Origin: a virus
Virus record (IMG/VR): IMGVR_UViG_3300025930_000141
Coordinates: 16,712-80,711 of that record
DNA length: 64,000 nt
Reading direction: 5' to 3' (one strand)
Made by a program: the position numbers and the translations under genes. The notes beneath the pieces were generated by a model that saw only the letters and a program-made list of their open reading frames with translations, made no database searches and was not told the DNA's origin. Shown here one piece after another: positions 10,087-19,161 of the stretch (the first letter of the stretch is position 1; every line of letters begins with the position of its first letter).

Positions 10087-10196
10087 GTGACAGGACCGTT
10101 AACGTAAGCGGGGTTGGAATCCCACCCAAGACTCATTATCCGGCACGGTCCTACACCGGGTGTCTTGTGCGCCCGGTTTATGGTTACGGGCTGTTG

Positions 10197-10271
10197 TAGC
10201 CGTAGCGGGATTCGAACCCGCACTGTAGTGGTTTTGAATCACTCGCCTCCTGCCAGTTGGGCTATACGGCC
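10197..10271 (-). tRNA. tRNA-Leu(CAA), short variable arm
   Basis: cloverleaf; loop TT-CAA-AA. Confidence 0.9.
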
Positions 10272-10417
10272 ATGTGCCCTGCTGCCTAAGGGGCCGCGCG
10301 TCTCGGCATGTCTGGCAGTCCAGGGACTTGGTGTTTTAACGTCCTTCACCCGACGACACCCCACCGTGCGATTAGTGGTTAGTGGGATTGGTTACCCCAG
10401 CACCCTTAAGTGCCTCG

Positions 10418-10491
10418 TACCCGTAACAGGAGTCGAACCTGCAACCTCTTGGACCTAAACCAAGCGCCTCTACCAGTTGGGCTACACGGGC
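10418..10491 (-). tRNA. tRNA-Leu(TAG), short variable arm
   Basis: cloverleaf; loop TT-TAG-GT. Confidence 0.9.
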
Positions 10492-10532
10492 AAGGACGGT
10501 AAGGCCCGTGAGATTGCCCCACCGTCACCTAC

Positions 10533-10561
10533 ATTGTACAGGGTAGCCTAGGGTGTGTCAA
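10533..10561 (-). promoter_or_regulatory. sigma70/SigA-type promoter
   Basis: TTGACA-17-TACAAT upstream of tRNA cluster. Confidence 0.8.
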
Positions 10562-10871
10562 GTGGTGGAAAGCCACCCATTTCCTCGGCTACCCGGCGAC
10601 CCTCTTCGGTAAGCATGAAAACCTCTTCAAGCCCACCGTTCTCAGTCTGCTGAAAACTCATCTGCAAAAGACCCTTATCCATGAGCGAACGAATGCTTTC
10701 GTCAATGTCTCGCTGAATGTCTTCCCAGACAAGTTCATAAAGACCGGGGTGTAGGATTTCTAACTTTGCGAGGTCGAACTTAATCAACCCCTCTTCGTTA
10801 ATGTCGATAATGGACCCGTCATCCTTCATCGACTCTAGTTCACGCTCAAACTGCTCGTCAAAGTCATCCAT
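10548..10871 (-). CDS. acidic hypothetical protein (possible wHTH C-terminus)
   Basis: SLMDKGLL...LTEEGRR pattern. Confidence 0.6.
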   Translation of the reverse strand: MDDFDEQFERELESMKDDGSIIDINEEGLIKFDLAKLEILHPGLYELVWEDIQRDIDESIRSLMDKGLLQMSFQQTENGGLEEVFMLTEEGRRVAEEMGGFPPLDTP

Positions 10872-11446
10872 TACTTGTATCCAACCTCATTCCCAATTCT
10901 TGGTGCAGCGATAATGCTGCCCGGTCCTTCGATAACATTACTGTCGGGGCCTGGGTGCCTGGTACGTAGATAAACTATTTGATTCCGATAGTCAACGTCA
11001 ACCTTGATAATGTCCATGCCCATGAACTTTTTAGGCTCTCCGAACAAACCCTTTCTTGGCAGTTCCCGGTACATTTGCTCGGTAATCTTAAACTGCAAAA
11101 ACCCCGGCCCTGCCGCGTCAATGCGATAAGAGCCCTGCAATGTAACATCTGGCTTAGTCGCATTGTCAATTGCGTCCTGGACCACACCCCGGCTTTTACG
11201 CTTTACCGGTTCGTTGCGAAGCATGACCGGATTATAGTGATTGGTGCAGTCTGCACACTCACACTCGGTTAAGTCGAAACCCAGAGTACGTTCTGACTCA
11301 CGTGTTTTGTGAATTAGTTTAACGTACTCTGGGTCCGACCACCGCTTGTCGTAGTTAAGCATCGGAGTAAGCATGCTCTCCAAGGCCTTTAGACCAACGC
11401 TCATTACAACGGTCATCACCAGAACGATGACCAGTGCAATAATCAC
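10871..11446 (-). CDS. membrane-anchored hypothetical protein
   Basis: N-terminal TM; coupled ORF. Confidence 0.6.
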   Translation of the reverse strand: MIIALVIVLVMTVVMSVGLKALESMLTPMLNYDKRWSDPEYVKLIHKTRESERTLGFDLTECECADCTNHYNPVMLRNEPVKRKSRGVVQDAIDNATKPDVTLQGSYRIDAAGPGFLQFKITEQMYRELPRKGLFGEPKKFMGMDIIKVDVDYRNQIVYLRTRHPGPDSNVIEGPGSIIAAPRIGNEVGYK

Positions 11447-12045
11447 ACCTGGACTCCATTCTTGAACATTTCGATGTAACCGATAACTTGGTCTTCGGAT
11501 ACCGGCGTGAAGTCATGGGCATCGGCTCCAACGTGCACCTGGGGCGTTCCTAGGCGGCTCTGAGACAGTACAGAATTGGAGTGGGTGTGACCATGCACCA
11601 GAATTGTTCCGTCGTCAGACAGGCGCTCAGAGGCGAACCGGTCGTCGCCGTGGCTGTCGCCGTCGTACGGGAAGTGGCTCAGATTAACAACTGTACCGTC
11701 TGCCAACCTAATGCCACGCTGAGCGGGAGCAATGGCAACAAACCACTTGCCGTATTCGGCAATCCAGCGCTCGCGCTGGGCTTCCTTTACCTGAAACAGC
11801 CGGTCGTGGTTGCCGACGACCAGAATCTTATGGCCGTTCAGCCGCGACAGCGACTTATCCCAGTCCACCCATGCCCCTAGGGCAACGTCGCCCAGGTGGT
11901 AAACGGTGTCGTCCTCACCAACGACGTTATTCCAGTTATGGATAAGCGTCTCGTTCATGTGGGACACGTCCTTGAAGGGACGACCACACAATTCAATTAT
12001 CCGCGCGTGCCCAAAATGGGTATCGCTAGTGAAGAATCTACTCAT
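11443..12045 (-). CDS. metallophosphoesterase
   Basis: SDTHFGH, HLGD, GNHD, SHFP, HGHTH. Confidence 0.9.
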   Translation of the reverse strand: MSRFFTSDTHFGHARIIELCGRPFKDVSHMNETLIHNWNNVVGEDDTVYHLGDVALGAWVDWDKSLSRLNGHKILVVGNHDRLFQVKEAQRERWIAEYGKWFVAIAPAQRGIRLADGTVVNLSHFPYDGDSHGDDRFASERLSDDGTILVHGHTHSNSVLSQSRLGTPQVHVGADAHDFTPVSEDQVIGYIEMFKNGVQV

Positions 12046-12276
12046 TGTTTACTCCCAATTTGCATAGATGATGTAGGAGAGCATTCCTACCAGAGAAATA
12101 ACCGTGACGTACCACGGCACCAAAGGAATGGATAATCCGATGCCGAAGCCGAGAAGACCGAGCCCGCCGATTCTGAAAACCTGTTCCATGTTACTTACCA
12201 ATCTCTCTCATGGCGCGCTTCCACGCCTTTAGCAATTGTCTCTCTCTAGAGTATACCAGCCAGCACAGGGTCATGT

Positions 12277-12915
12277 CTACCACCGCTTAATGATATTATG
12301 CCAGTCGTCCACTACGAGGTCTCGCAGCGGGTGAAAATACTTGAATGCTCGGCCACGAACCTTCCATACATAGATGGGGTCGCGCTGCAATCTCAAAACA
12401 ACGTTGCCCCTGGCGTTGGTTTCGGGGCTTTCGCCCATCTTGTACCAGTGACGCTGCTTAATCGGAATTGTCCGAGACGTGCAGTTTTGTCTGTTGCCGT
12501 TGTCCGGGGTACGCAAAGACGTGGTATTCCTGTGTACGTCACCACGGTATTGAACAATAGCCTTGGCTCCATCGAACCACACGCTGTTGCCGGTAATGAT
12601 TGAATAACACAGTTCGGTCTTGAACGGCGTCATCTTATCGGCATGGCCTCGGTCCGGCCACCAGTAGTACAGGGTATCGAGGTTAAGGCTGACGGTCATA
12701 AACCGATGCTCAAACATGCCGTCCGGCAGCACGGCAAAGGTCTTCTCTGCGCGCCAGGTGGTCAACTTGGTTTGAACGGTAATGATTCGACACTTTGTAC
12801 CGCAGCCACCGGGACCGCTAGGCTTGCCGCCTCGGTCGTCGGCGTGCGCCGGTACGCCTAGCATAGCCAGCGCCATAGCCAGCGCTGCCACGAGAACAAT
12901 TAGGCGACGCATCAA
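12277..12915 (-). CDS. secreted hypothetical protein
   Basis: signal peptide ending AHA. Confidence 0.65.
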   Translation of the reverse strand: MMRRLIVLVAALAMALAMLGVPAHADDRGGKPSGPGGCGTKCRIITVQTKLTTWRAEKTFAVLPDGMFEHRFMTVSLNLDTLYYWWPDRGHADKMTPFKTELCYSIITGNSVWFDGAKAIVQYRGDVHRNTTSLRTPDNGNRQNCTSRTIPIKQRHWYKMGESPETNARGNVVLRLQRDPIYVWKVRGRAFKYFHPLRDLVVDDWHNIIKRW

Positions 12916-13098
12916 AGTACCGCCACAATTGCTGCGAGCGCCACAAAGGCTACCAGCAGGGCCAGGACGGGCAGTACCTCACGCTGGGCGAGCAGGTGCA
13001 CGTCCCAGCGTAGTTCGTCCTTAACACGCTCCCAGCGAGTCATGTTTGCTCGCTCTTCGGGAGTTGAATCTACGAAATCTGCACGATGGTCAGACATA
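12912..13098 (-). CDS. small membrane protein
   Basis: C-terminal TM; AAGGA RBS; start approximate. Confidence 0.5.
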
Positions 13099-13436
13099 TT
13101 AATCCTTTCAAAGTAATGTACCCCGGCCACCTGGCGGGCCGGGGTACTCCGGGTACGTTTCGTCCAGGTCCCGGTTCCTCATTATTGGCATGCAGAGGAA
13201 GTCTTTATATGGAGGGGTTTTGTAGCCGTCGCTTTTGTCCCCCTTACAACGATAGTATAAATACCGTCGATACCTGGCGGTTGCATCCTGTCCGCAATCT
13301 CCCATTATAGTTGGGCGCATTCGGTGGTCCTAATGCTATCAGGCCTTAATCAGCGTAGTTTAGCAGCCCGACATACGCCATGGTCGTACCCCTGAGTCAC
13401 GTAAGGGGTGGGGGCGGTGACAGTCCCCGCGTTTAG

Positions 13437-13487
13437 TTGCCGGGAGAGGTAGGAGGAAGGTGGAAGGAGGTTAACCCCTCCCGGCAA
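13437..13487 (-). ncRNA. hairpin with CU-rich anti-SD-like loop
   Basis: stem TTGCCGGGAGGGGT/ACCTCTCCCGGCAA; loop AACCTCCTTCCACCTTCCTCCT. Confidence 0.5.
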
Positions 13488-13550
13488 GTTTTGTTACCGG
13501 CCCATCCCATCGCCACGTACAAGCGTAGGTCAATGGGCCGGTAAGTTAAA

Positions 13551-13755
13551 TAAGGGTAGTGGCTTGCTTAAGACCACCGGAACACGGGCTAAGCGGCACC
13601 CTACCCTACTCCCACGGCACGATAGTTATTGTTTCAAACTACCAGGCATTCCACCCACGGCGGTGTTTTCGCGGATTATTCCATTCGACCGTTGCTTCAT
13701 ATCCCCGGCCCTTCGGCTTATCGGGGGTAACTCCACACTCTCGTCTTGACCCTTA
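13551..13755 (-). ncRNA. ~205-nt structured RNA
   Basis: closing stem TAAGGGT/ACCCTTA with internal hairpins; no credible ORF. Confidence 0.5.
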
Positions 13756-13776
13756 AATTCTATTTAGTTAAGTAGT

Positions 13777-13827
13777 AACCGCGCCGGGGATTCGAACCCT
13801 GGTCAACTAGTATTGCCAATTCGCGGC
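13777..13827 (-). ncRNA. mini tRNA-like element (acceptor + T-arm, no anticodon arm)
   Basis: GCCGCG/CGCGGT stem; CCAGGG-TTCGAAT-CCCCGG. Confidence 0.55.
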
Positions 13828-13970
13828 ATGTATGTGGTAGCAAGTTATCTCGTCTAAACCGAGGGAGCGGGTGCGCGTTGCGTTCGTGACCTCGGGGTAG
13901 GTTCTCTTATGCTTGCTAATAACGAGGCGGCTCCTACGTTGTCGGGACCTCGTGCTTCCCTGATAGGGAG

Positions 13971-13999
13971 AGTCTAGCACGGCCACAAAGCCGTGTCAA
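13971..13999 (-). promoter_or_regulatory. SigA-type promoter driving ncRNA cluster
   Basis: TTGACA-17-TAGACT; spacer has CACGGC/GCCGTG inverted repeat. Confidence 0.8.
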
Positions 14000-14006
14000 C
14001 CCCAAT

Positions 14007-14528
14007 TTAACTTCGTTCTGCCAGAGTCTTATTCTCTTCTGTGAATCGCTCTTCCAGGCTGTTAATCTCTTCAACCATCTTTTCCACGTGTGGACTGCGC
14101 AGCAACTTTTGCTGTCGCTCCCAGGCGTTATTAAGATTGTTAAGTGACCTATACAAGTCCATGGTCTGGTCTTCGCCCAGTGGCTCTAGGTCTTCCATGG
14201 TTACCGGCGTTACCTGAGACTTTAGTTCGTCTGGCATGTTTTGATACTGACCCAGGGCAAGGCGATGATAATATGGCATCGCTTTCAAACGCTCTTCGGC
14301 GGCTTTTTCAGAGGCCATTACCTTTCGTACCGGGTGGAACGTAATGGTAGCAAAAACAATGGCCCACAACAGCGGCACTCCAATCAGCGTCCAAAAACTA
14401 ATGGCAACGTACGGAGGAACCAATGAGACGAGCCACCCGATGCCGGTGATTACGGCCAGGGCAATTGTAGAAATGTTTGCCGCATTTGCGTCCCCGCCCA
14501 GCAAATCTCTGATATATCTTTCAATCAT
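14007..14528 (-). CDS. 2-TM membrane protein (paralog of 14525 gene)
   Basis: TM hairpin then YQNMPDELKSQV helical domain. Confidence 0.65.
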   Translation of the reverse strand: MIERYIRDLLGGDANAANISTIALAVITGIGWLVSLVPPYVAISFWTLIGVPLLWAIVFATITFHPVRKVMASEKAAEERLKAMPYYHRLALGQYQNMPDELKSQVTPVTMEDLEPLGEDQTMDLYRSLNNLNNAWERQQKLLRSPHVEKMVEEINSLEERFTEENKTLAERS

Positions 14529-15004
14529 GCTAGTTCCTTATTGCTCATTCGGTACTGCTGGATTAGTGTCTCGGCCTCGTCTAGATGCTGCTGGTGACGG
14601 GGCTGACGCAAAATGGCTTCCTGCTTTTGGTACTCGTCCCTGAGGTCCCGAATCTTATCGTGGTACACCCGGACCTCATCCCTAGTAAACTCACTAATAA
14701 CGTCCACGCTCATGGTCGGCAGTTGCCGACGTAGGTCGTCAGGCAGACTCAGGTATGTCTTATATGCTTCTGCCATAAGTATGTCCTCATGACGCAACTG
14801 CCTAAACGAGTTAGTGCAAAACAGATAGATGATTATTGCCCAGCCAAGTATGGGCAGCAGTGCTACGAACTGCCAAAGCGCCCAAGGAAAACACAGGATG
14901 ATGATTTCAACCATAACGGTAAGGATTGTACCCATCGCCATTAAAGGCCCGTCGGGTACGTCATCGAAGTCGTACTCGGCAATCCACTTAATGTTATTGC
15001 TCAT
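14525..15004 (-). CDS. 2-TM membrane protein
   Basis: TM hairpin then YLSLPDDLRRQL; start at ATGA overlap. Confidence 0.65.
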   Translation of the reverse strand: MSNNIKWIAEYDFDDVPDGPLMAMGTILTVMVEIIILCFPWALWQFVALLPILGWAIIIYLFCTNSFRQLRHEDILMAEAYKTYLSLPDDLRRQLPTMSVDVISEFTRDEVRVYHDKIRDLRDEYQKQEAILRQPRHQQHLDEAETLIQQYRMSNKELA

Positions 15005-15543
15005 GGTGTCCATAATCCAAACAGTGAGTCGGGCTCGCCATTGCTGAACGCGCCTCCATAAAAGGTTTCTTCTCGCACCCCGAATCCGTGATAAGTCAGC
15101 CACGTGGGCTGAATTGCCACGACGTGCGTCGGGTCCATGCCTAGCACGTCAGTAGTGCGAGGATTGGGGGTGGAGATAACCACCCCTTGGGTAGCCTTGT
15201 GCTTCATTTGCTGTAAAAGGAATTCCCAACGTGTTAGGTGCTCTAGCAGTTCAAGGGCAACAAACCAGTGGGCCTCACGGGGAGGCGTCCAGTAGTTAAG
15301 GTCCGTTCCGTCGATACCGCCGTCAACCGGAATATACCGGCCACGCCAGCCGTACTCGGCCCGCAGGGTATAGTCGAATTCCGTCATACCGGCACCCACG
15401 TCGAAAATGGTCATGGAGTCGTCCAGTCCATTTAGGTACATTGTGTCGATAGCGTGCCGGTAGCGAACGGCGCGGTATTCATACTTACCGCTGCGCTCGT
15501 CCATGTAGTTATCGCAATTCTGAATCGTCGGCGTCCAAGTCAT
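15001..15543 (-). CDS. class I SAM-dependent methyltransferase-like
   Basis: FDVGAG, ELLEHL, ISTPN. Confidence 0.75.
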   Translation of the reverse strand: MTWTPTIQNCDNYMDERSGKYEYRAVRYRHAIDTMYLNGLDDSMTIFDVGAGMTEFDYTLRAEYGWRGRYIPVDGGIDGTDLNYWTPPREAHWFVALELLEHLTRWEFLLQQMKHKATQGVVISTPNPRTTDVLGMDPTHVVAIQPTWLTYHGFGVREETFYGGAFSNGEPDSLFGLWTP

Positions 15544-15809
15544 CAGTAACCATATTCCGAAAGGTGATTACTGTAGCGACGCCACTCGGCCTCGTAAGCC
15601 CGAGTCTCGCGCTCGTACTCCCAGATTTCCCGCTCAATGTCTTCCCAGCGCATACCCTCAAAATCAGGGTCGGGCTCGGTATCGGGGTCGGGGGCATCTG
15701 CAAAGCGAGAATCCTCGCCGAACGCCGCCATGTGACCGGCCATGGTATATGCCTCAATAGCATGGCTGGCGTCGCCAGCGTCACTACCATCTACCTCGTA
15801 ATACATCAT
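15543..15809 (-). CDS. acidic hypothetical protein
   Basis: AGGAGG RBS. Confidence 0.6.
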   Translation of the reverse strand: MMYYEVDGSDAGDASHAIEAYTMAGHMAAFGEDSRFADAPDPDTEPDPDFEGMRWEDIEREIWEYERETRAYEAEWRRYSNHLSEYGY

Positions 15810-15814
15810 TCCTC

Positions 15815-15949
15815 CTAGTAACTGTGACAGTCAAAGCAGCCAGCGGACTTGCCGCAGGACTCGCACTTACCATAACTCATGGAAAACCAGCCAAGAATCT
15901 GACAAATCTTGCACTTGGTCTTCTCGTGGCAGGGTTCACAAACAAACAT
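15815..15949 (-). CDS. 44-aa Cys-rich protein (four CxxC)
   Basis: MFVCEPCHEKTKCKICQ...CESCGKSAGCFDCHSY; AGGAG RBS; below ORF-track cutoff. Confidence 0.6.
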   Translation of the reverse strand: MFVCEPCHEKTKCKICQILGWFSMSYGKCESCGKSAGCFDCHSY

Positions 15950-15985
15950 GACCGTCTCCTAACTTGTGCCTACAGCCTACACGAC

Positions 15986-16585
15986 TCAGGACTGCCTGTC
16001 AAGAGTGACTTTTGCCCTCTTGACCTCGCGCATCATGGCTGCCGTAGCCTCGTCTCCACCAACGCTTACCACGTATCCAGGCAGAACGTTAACGTCGTAT
16101 CCAAACCGTACCGCGTCGAGCGCGGTAGCCTTAACGCAGTGGTCACCGGCAATGCCCACAATGTCTACCCGGTCTACGCCATGGGCTAACAGGTATTCAT
16201 CTAAATCTGTCCCGTCCATGTTATAGCCCTGGAAGCCCGAATAGTCTGGCTTACCCTGGCCCTTGCGGAAAACGTGATGAGCGTCAAACGGCAGACTAGC
16301 ATTAAGCAGGGCTGGGTGCAATTGGGCACCCTCGGTACCGCCGACACAGTGCACCGGCCAGGTGCTTACAAAGTCTGGCTCGTTGGTTACCGCAAAGTGT
16401 CCACCGTTGGTGTCGGGCAGAGCATTGTGGTAATCCTTGGTGAACAGTACAAAGTCGTAGTCACGATGATTGCGGGTAACATAATCAGCAATTGCATTCG
16501 CAATCCGGTCACCGCCCTTGACTGCCAGGGCACCGCCCTCGGTAAAGTCGTTTTGTACGTCAACGATAATCAGTGCGTTAGTCAT
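15986..16585 (-). CDS. pncA: nicotinamidase (isochorismatase family)
   Basis: VDVQNDF, WPVHCV, KG..YSGF, GIAGDHCV. Confidence 0.9.
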   Translation of the reverse strand: MTNALIIVDVQNDFTEGGALAVKGGDRIANAIADYVTRNHRDYDFVLFTKDYHNALPDTNGGHFAVTNEPDFVSTWPVHCVGGTEGAQLHPALLNASLPFDAHHVFRKGQGKPDYSGFQGYNMDGTDLDEYLLAHGVDRVDIVGIAGDHCVKATALDAVRFGYDVNVLPGYVVSVGGDEATAAMMREVKRAKVTLDRQS

Positions 16586-16781
16586 ATGTTTCCCACCTAA
16601 TTACAATCATTGGTTCCTGATGCTCATTGGGGCCATAACCAACCCACTCTGAGCCTATCTCGATATTAACTGTTGAACCGGGCGGCACCGAGTTGACAGC
16701 CGCCTTTAAGTCTTCGAAGTCTGAGCCGGTACGGACCTCAATTTCATGCGTTGTCTTAATCATCAGAACACCTGTCTCCAC
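16578..16781 (-). CDS. hypothetical protein
   Basis: coupled small ORF. Confidence 0.5.
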   Translation of the reverse strand: METGVLMIKTTHEIEVRTGSDFEDLKAAVNSVPPGSTVNIEIGSEWVGYGPNEHQEPMIVIRWETYD

Positions 16782-16938
16782 CTAGGCGTCATCCCTGTCA
16801 CCGCGTCGGCTCTGATTTCTACAATCTCAAACAGGAGGCCGCACTGACACTCCCACACGCTGCCGAGACCTATTGCGTTGTTCAGGTTGCCTCTTGGATA
16901 ATCGTGTGCGTGCGGAGGCTTAACATCTTTCCAAGGCA

Positions 16939-17973
16939 TCAGAAACCATTCCTATCATACTCTAGTAACATAGTGTGCTTTCGTGCCGCTTGCCGACTGG
17001 CACCCAGGGCGACCTGTAGTCGCTCATTATGGTTGCTTGGGTCAATGAGACGGTACTTAAGTCCGTACCGCTCGGCTACGTCAACCCAGTATTCGTCCGG
17101 CGACTCCCGGTGGTCACCGCCATAACGCAGCGGGTCCCGCTCAAAGTCAATATTCGACTTGGTAATGACATAAAGGTCGCTCTTTAGTTCCTCGGCGTCC
17201 TTTAGCAGTCCTTGCGGGACCGGGCCTAAAGCCTCACGCCAGTGTGGCTGTTCCCAATAACCAATAGTCGAATACAGGTCGGTGTCTTGGACCAGGAACG
17301 GCTTACCAGTAAAGAACTCCATGTGCCGCTGCGCGGCAGCCTGACCTCGCCAGATAGCCGTCATTGACGCAACAGTAATCTCGGGACCAACTGTTTCCAG
17401 ATAAGGACGTGCCCACTCGTACAGCCAGTGGCCGGGTAGGAATTCAGCCATATCCTGAGACAGCGTTGTCTTACCCGTGGACTCTGCACCAAATACGGTA
17501 ACCTTCGTGCGCATGCGGCCTTGGAACTCTGGAATCATCATATCAAAGTTCGCTAGCGTGTGCTCGCGCACATCGGTCGCCTTGGTGTAAAGCAGTTCAC
17601 GGCCAGGGTCGTATGGAATGAATACCCCGCCCAGCAGTTCGGCCAACTTTTGTCCGTACGGCTCACTGGACACGAATGTGTCATTAGGCTGTGCGCCGTG
17701 CTCGCGGAGGATGGACTGCCAAATTGTCCAGAACCCCTCAGTGTCCGGGTCCTGTGGCAGTTCCTTGTGGTAGTTACGCAGTTCTACGTCGTAGAGGCGG
17801 TCGTGCTTGATAGCCTCAAACATCGAGAAGTACCGCTCGTAGCGCATCGGCTCAGACGGTTGTGTGCAAAGCAGGACCACCGTGTGCTGGCCGAGCGAAG
17901 CCGCAAACCTTACTAGGTTCAGGTGGCCTCGGGTCGGCGGCATAGCCGTCATTAATACGAATGTGGTGGTCAT
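16939..17973 (-). CDS. nadR: NadR-like NMN adenylyltransferase / ribosylnicotinamide kinase
   Basis: PPTRGH nucleotidyltransferase motif, SSEPYG, GAESTGKTT, EWAR, DTD, DPLRYG. Confidence 0.9.
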   Translation of the reverse strand: MTTTFVLMTAMPPTRGHLNLVRFAASLGQHTVVLLCTQPSEPMRYERYFSMFEAIKHDRLYDVELRNYHKELPQDPDTEGFWTIWQSILREHGAQPNDTFVSSEPYGQKLAELLGGVFIPYDPGRELLYTKATDVREHTLANFDMMIPEFQGRMRTKVTVFGAESTGKTTLSQDMAEFLPGHWLYEWARPYLETVGPEITVASMTAIWRGQAAAQRHMEFFTGKPFLVQDTDLYSTIGYWEQPHWREALGPVPQGLLKDAEELKSDLYVITKSNIDFERDPLRYGGDHRESPDEYWVDVAERYGLKYRLIDPSNHNERLQVALGASRQAARKHTMLLEYDRNGF

Positions 17974-18683
17974 GCTGCTAACACCGCTTCCTGTGCTGGT
18001 TGCTTAACTTCATTGTCCATACCGCGCTTCCATGCGTACCAACCCCAGGCTGTGTTAGCGAGGAAGAATACGTACTGGAATGCTACCAGGAACAAACCGG
18101 CAGTGAAGTACGTGTAAATTGCAAACACGTTTACCAGCCCCCAGATGCCCCAGTTTTCCAACTTCTTGTTATCGAGCATGAACTGTGCCAAAATGGTACC
18201 GGCGAAGATTACCGAGTCCGTCCACGCCAGATGACCTCCGAGGGCGGTGGAAATTGCGACGATGACGAGGTAGCCCGCGAGTGCGACCGCAATTGATGCG
18301 GCCCACGAGGGGGCCGACATGCGGGTGACAGGCCGTGTGTCGGCATCTGACTTCCATCGAATCCAACCGTACACGAGATACACGGTGAGGAATGCGTTAA
18401 TGCCTGTTGATGCAAACAGCCCGAACTGGTAAAACAGCAGGCAGTAGGCGGCTGTCGAGACAGCGCCAATCGGGTAATTGATTCTACGCTCCATAACACA
18501 CAGAAACGTGCAGGAGTAGGAGGTGAATACAGCAAAAGCCTCAAGCCACGACAGGGTGGTAATCCAACCGACTGCCAGGCCAAGGCCATAGGAGAGCGCC
18601 GTGAGCGCCAATCCAATAACTACAGATTGAGCAATGTTTGTCATTGCGCCATGCTCACGACGCGGAATTGTAATAAATGACAT
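17970..18683 (-). CDS. pnuC: PnuC nicotinamide riboside transporter
   Basis: multi-TM; YGWIRW, AQFMLDNKKLENWGIW. Confidence 0.9.
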   Translation of the reverse strand: MSFITIPRREHGAMTNIAQSVVIGLALTALSYGLGLAVGWITTLSWLEAFAVFTSYSCTFLCVMERRINYPIGAVSTAAYCLLFYQFGLFASTGINAFLTVYLVYGWIRWKSDADTRPVTRMSAPSWAASIAVALAGYLVIVAISTALGGHLAWTDSVIFAGTILAQFMLDNKKLENWGIWGLVNVFAIYTYFTAGLFLVAFQYVFFLANTAWGWYAWKRGMDNEVKQPAQEAVLAA

Positions 18684-18767
18684 TTGTTTTCATCCCTTTC
18701 AATTGTAGGGCCAAGCCGTCATGTCAACGCTTGAATAAGCCCTACGGGTCTTTTAACTTGTACCTAC

Positions 18768-18796
18768 ACTATAGCACGGCTATCGCCGTGTGTCAA
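18768..18796 (-). promoter_or_regulatory. SigA-type promoter upstream of NAD cluster
   Basis: TTGACA-17-TATAGT with CACGGC/GCCGTG palindromic spacer. Confidence 0.8.
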
Positions 18797-19161
18797 GGTA
18801 GACTTATTGGTACATTTATGGTGCCTGTGGTTATGCTTGTACCGGTCCCAATGGAGTACGGGCCGGTACTAATAACGTAGCCGCCGTTTTGACGCTTTGG
18901 CTTACGCTTTTTCTTCACACCAGACTTTGTACCCTTAGGCATGGTCCACTCAAAGTATACCGAGCCGTCCGGGTGGGTGTGCTGGGTACGGCGGTAATGT
19001 GCTCTCACCGTCTTGGGGGCAACGGTAGGATAAGTGCCGTCTGTATTCCAGTCATACATATGTAATTCGTCAGCCAGCGTCTCTGTTACCACCATTGTCT
19101 CGGTGGGGTCGAGGTCGAGAACCTTGCCGTCCTGCGGACCTCGATAAAGCCTAACCTTCAT
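18793..19161 (-). CDS. hypothetical protein
   Basis: MKVRLYRGPQDG; coupled to macro gene. Confidence 0.55.
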   Translation of the reverse strand: MKVRLYRGPQDGKVLDLDPTETMVVTETLADELHMYDWNTDGTYPTVAPKTVRAHYRRTQHTHPDGSVYFEWTMPKGTKSGVKKKRKPKRQNGGYVISTGPYSIGTGTSITTGTINVPISLP

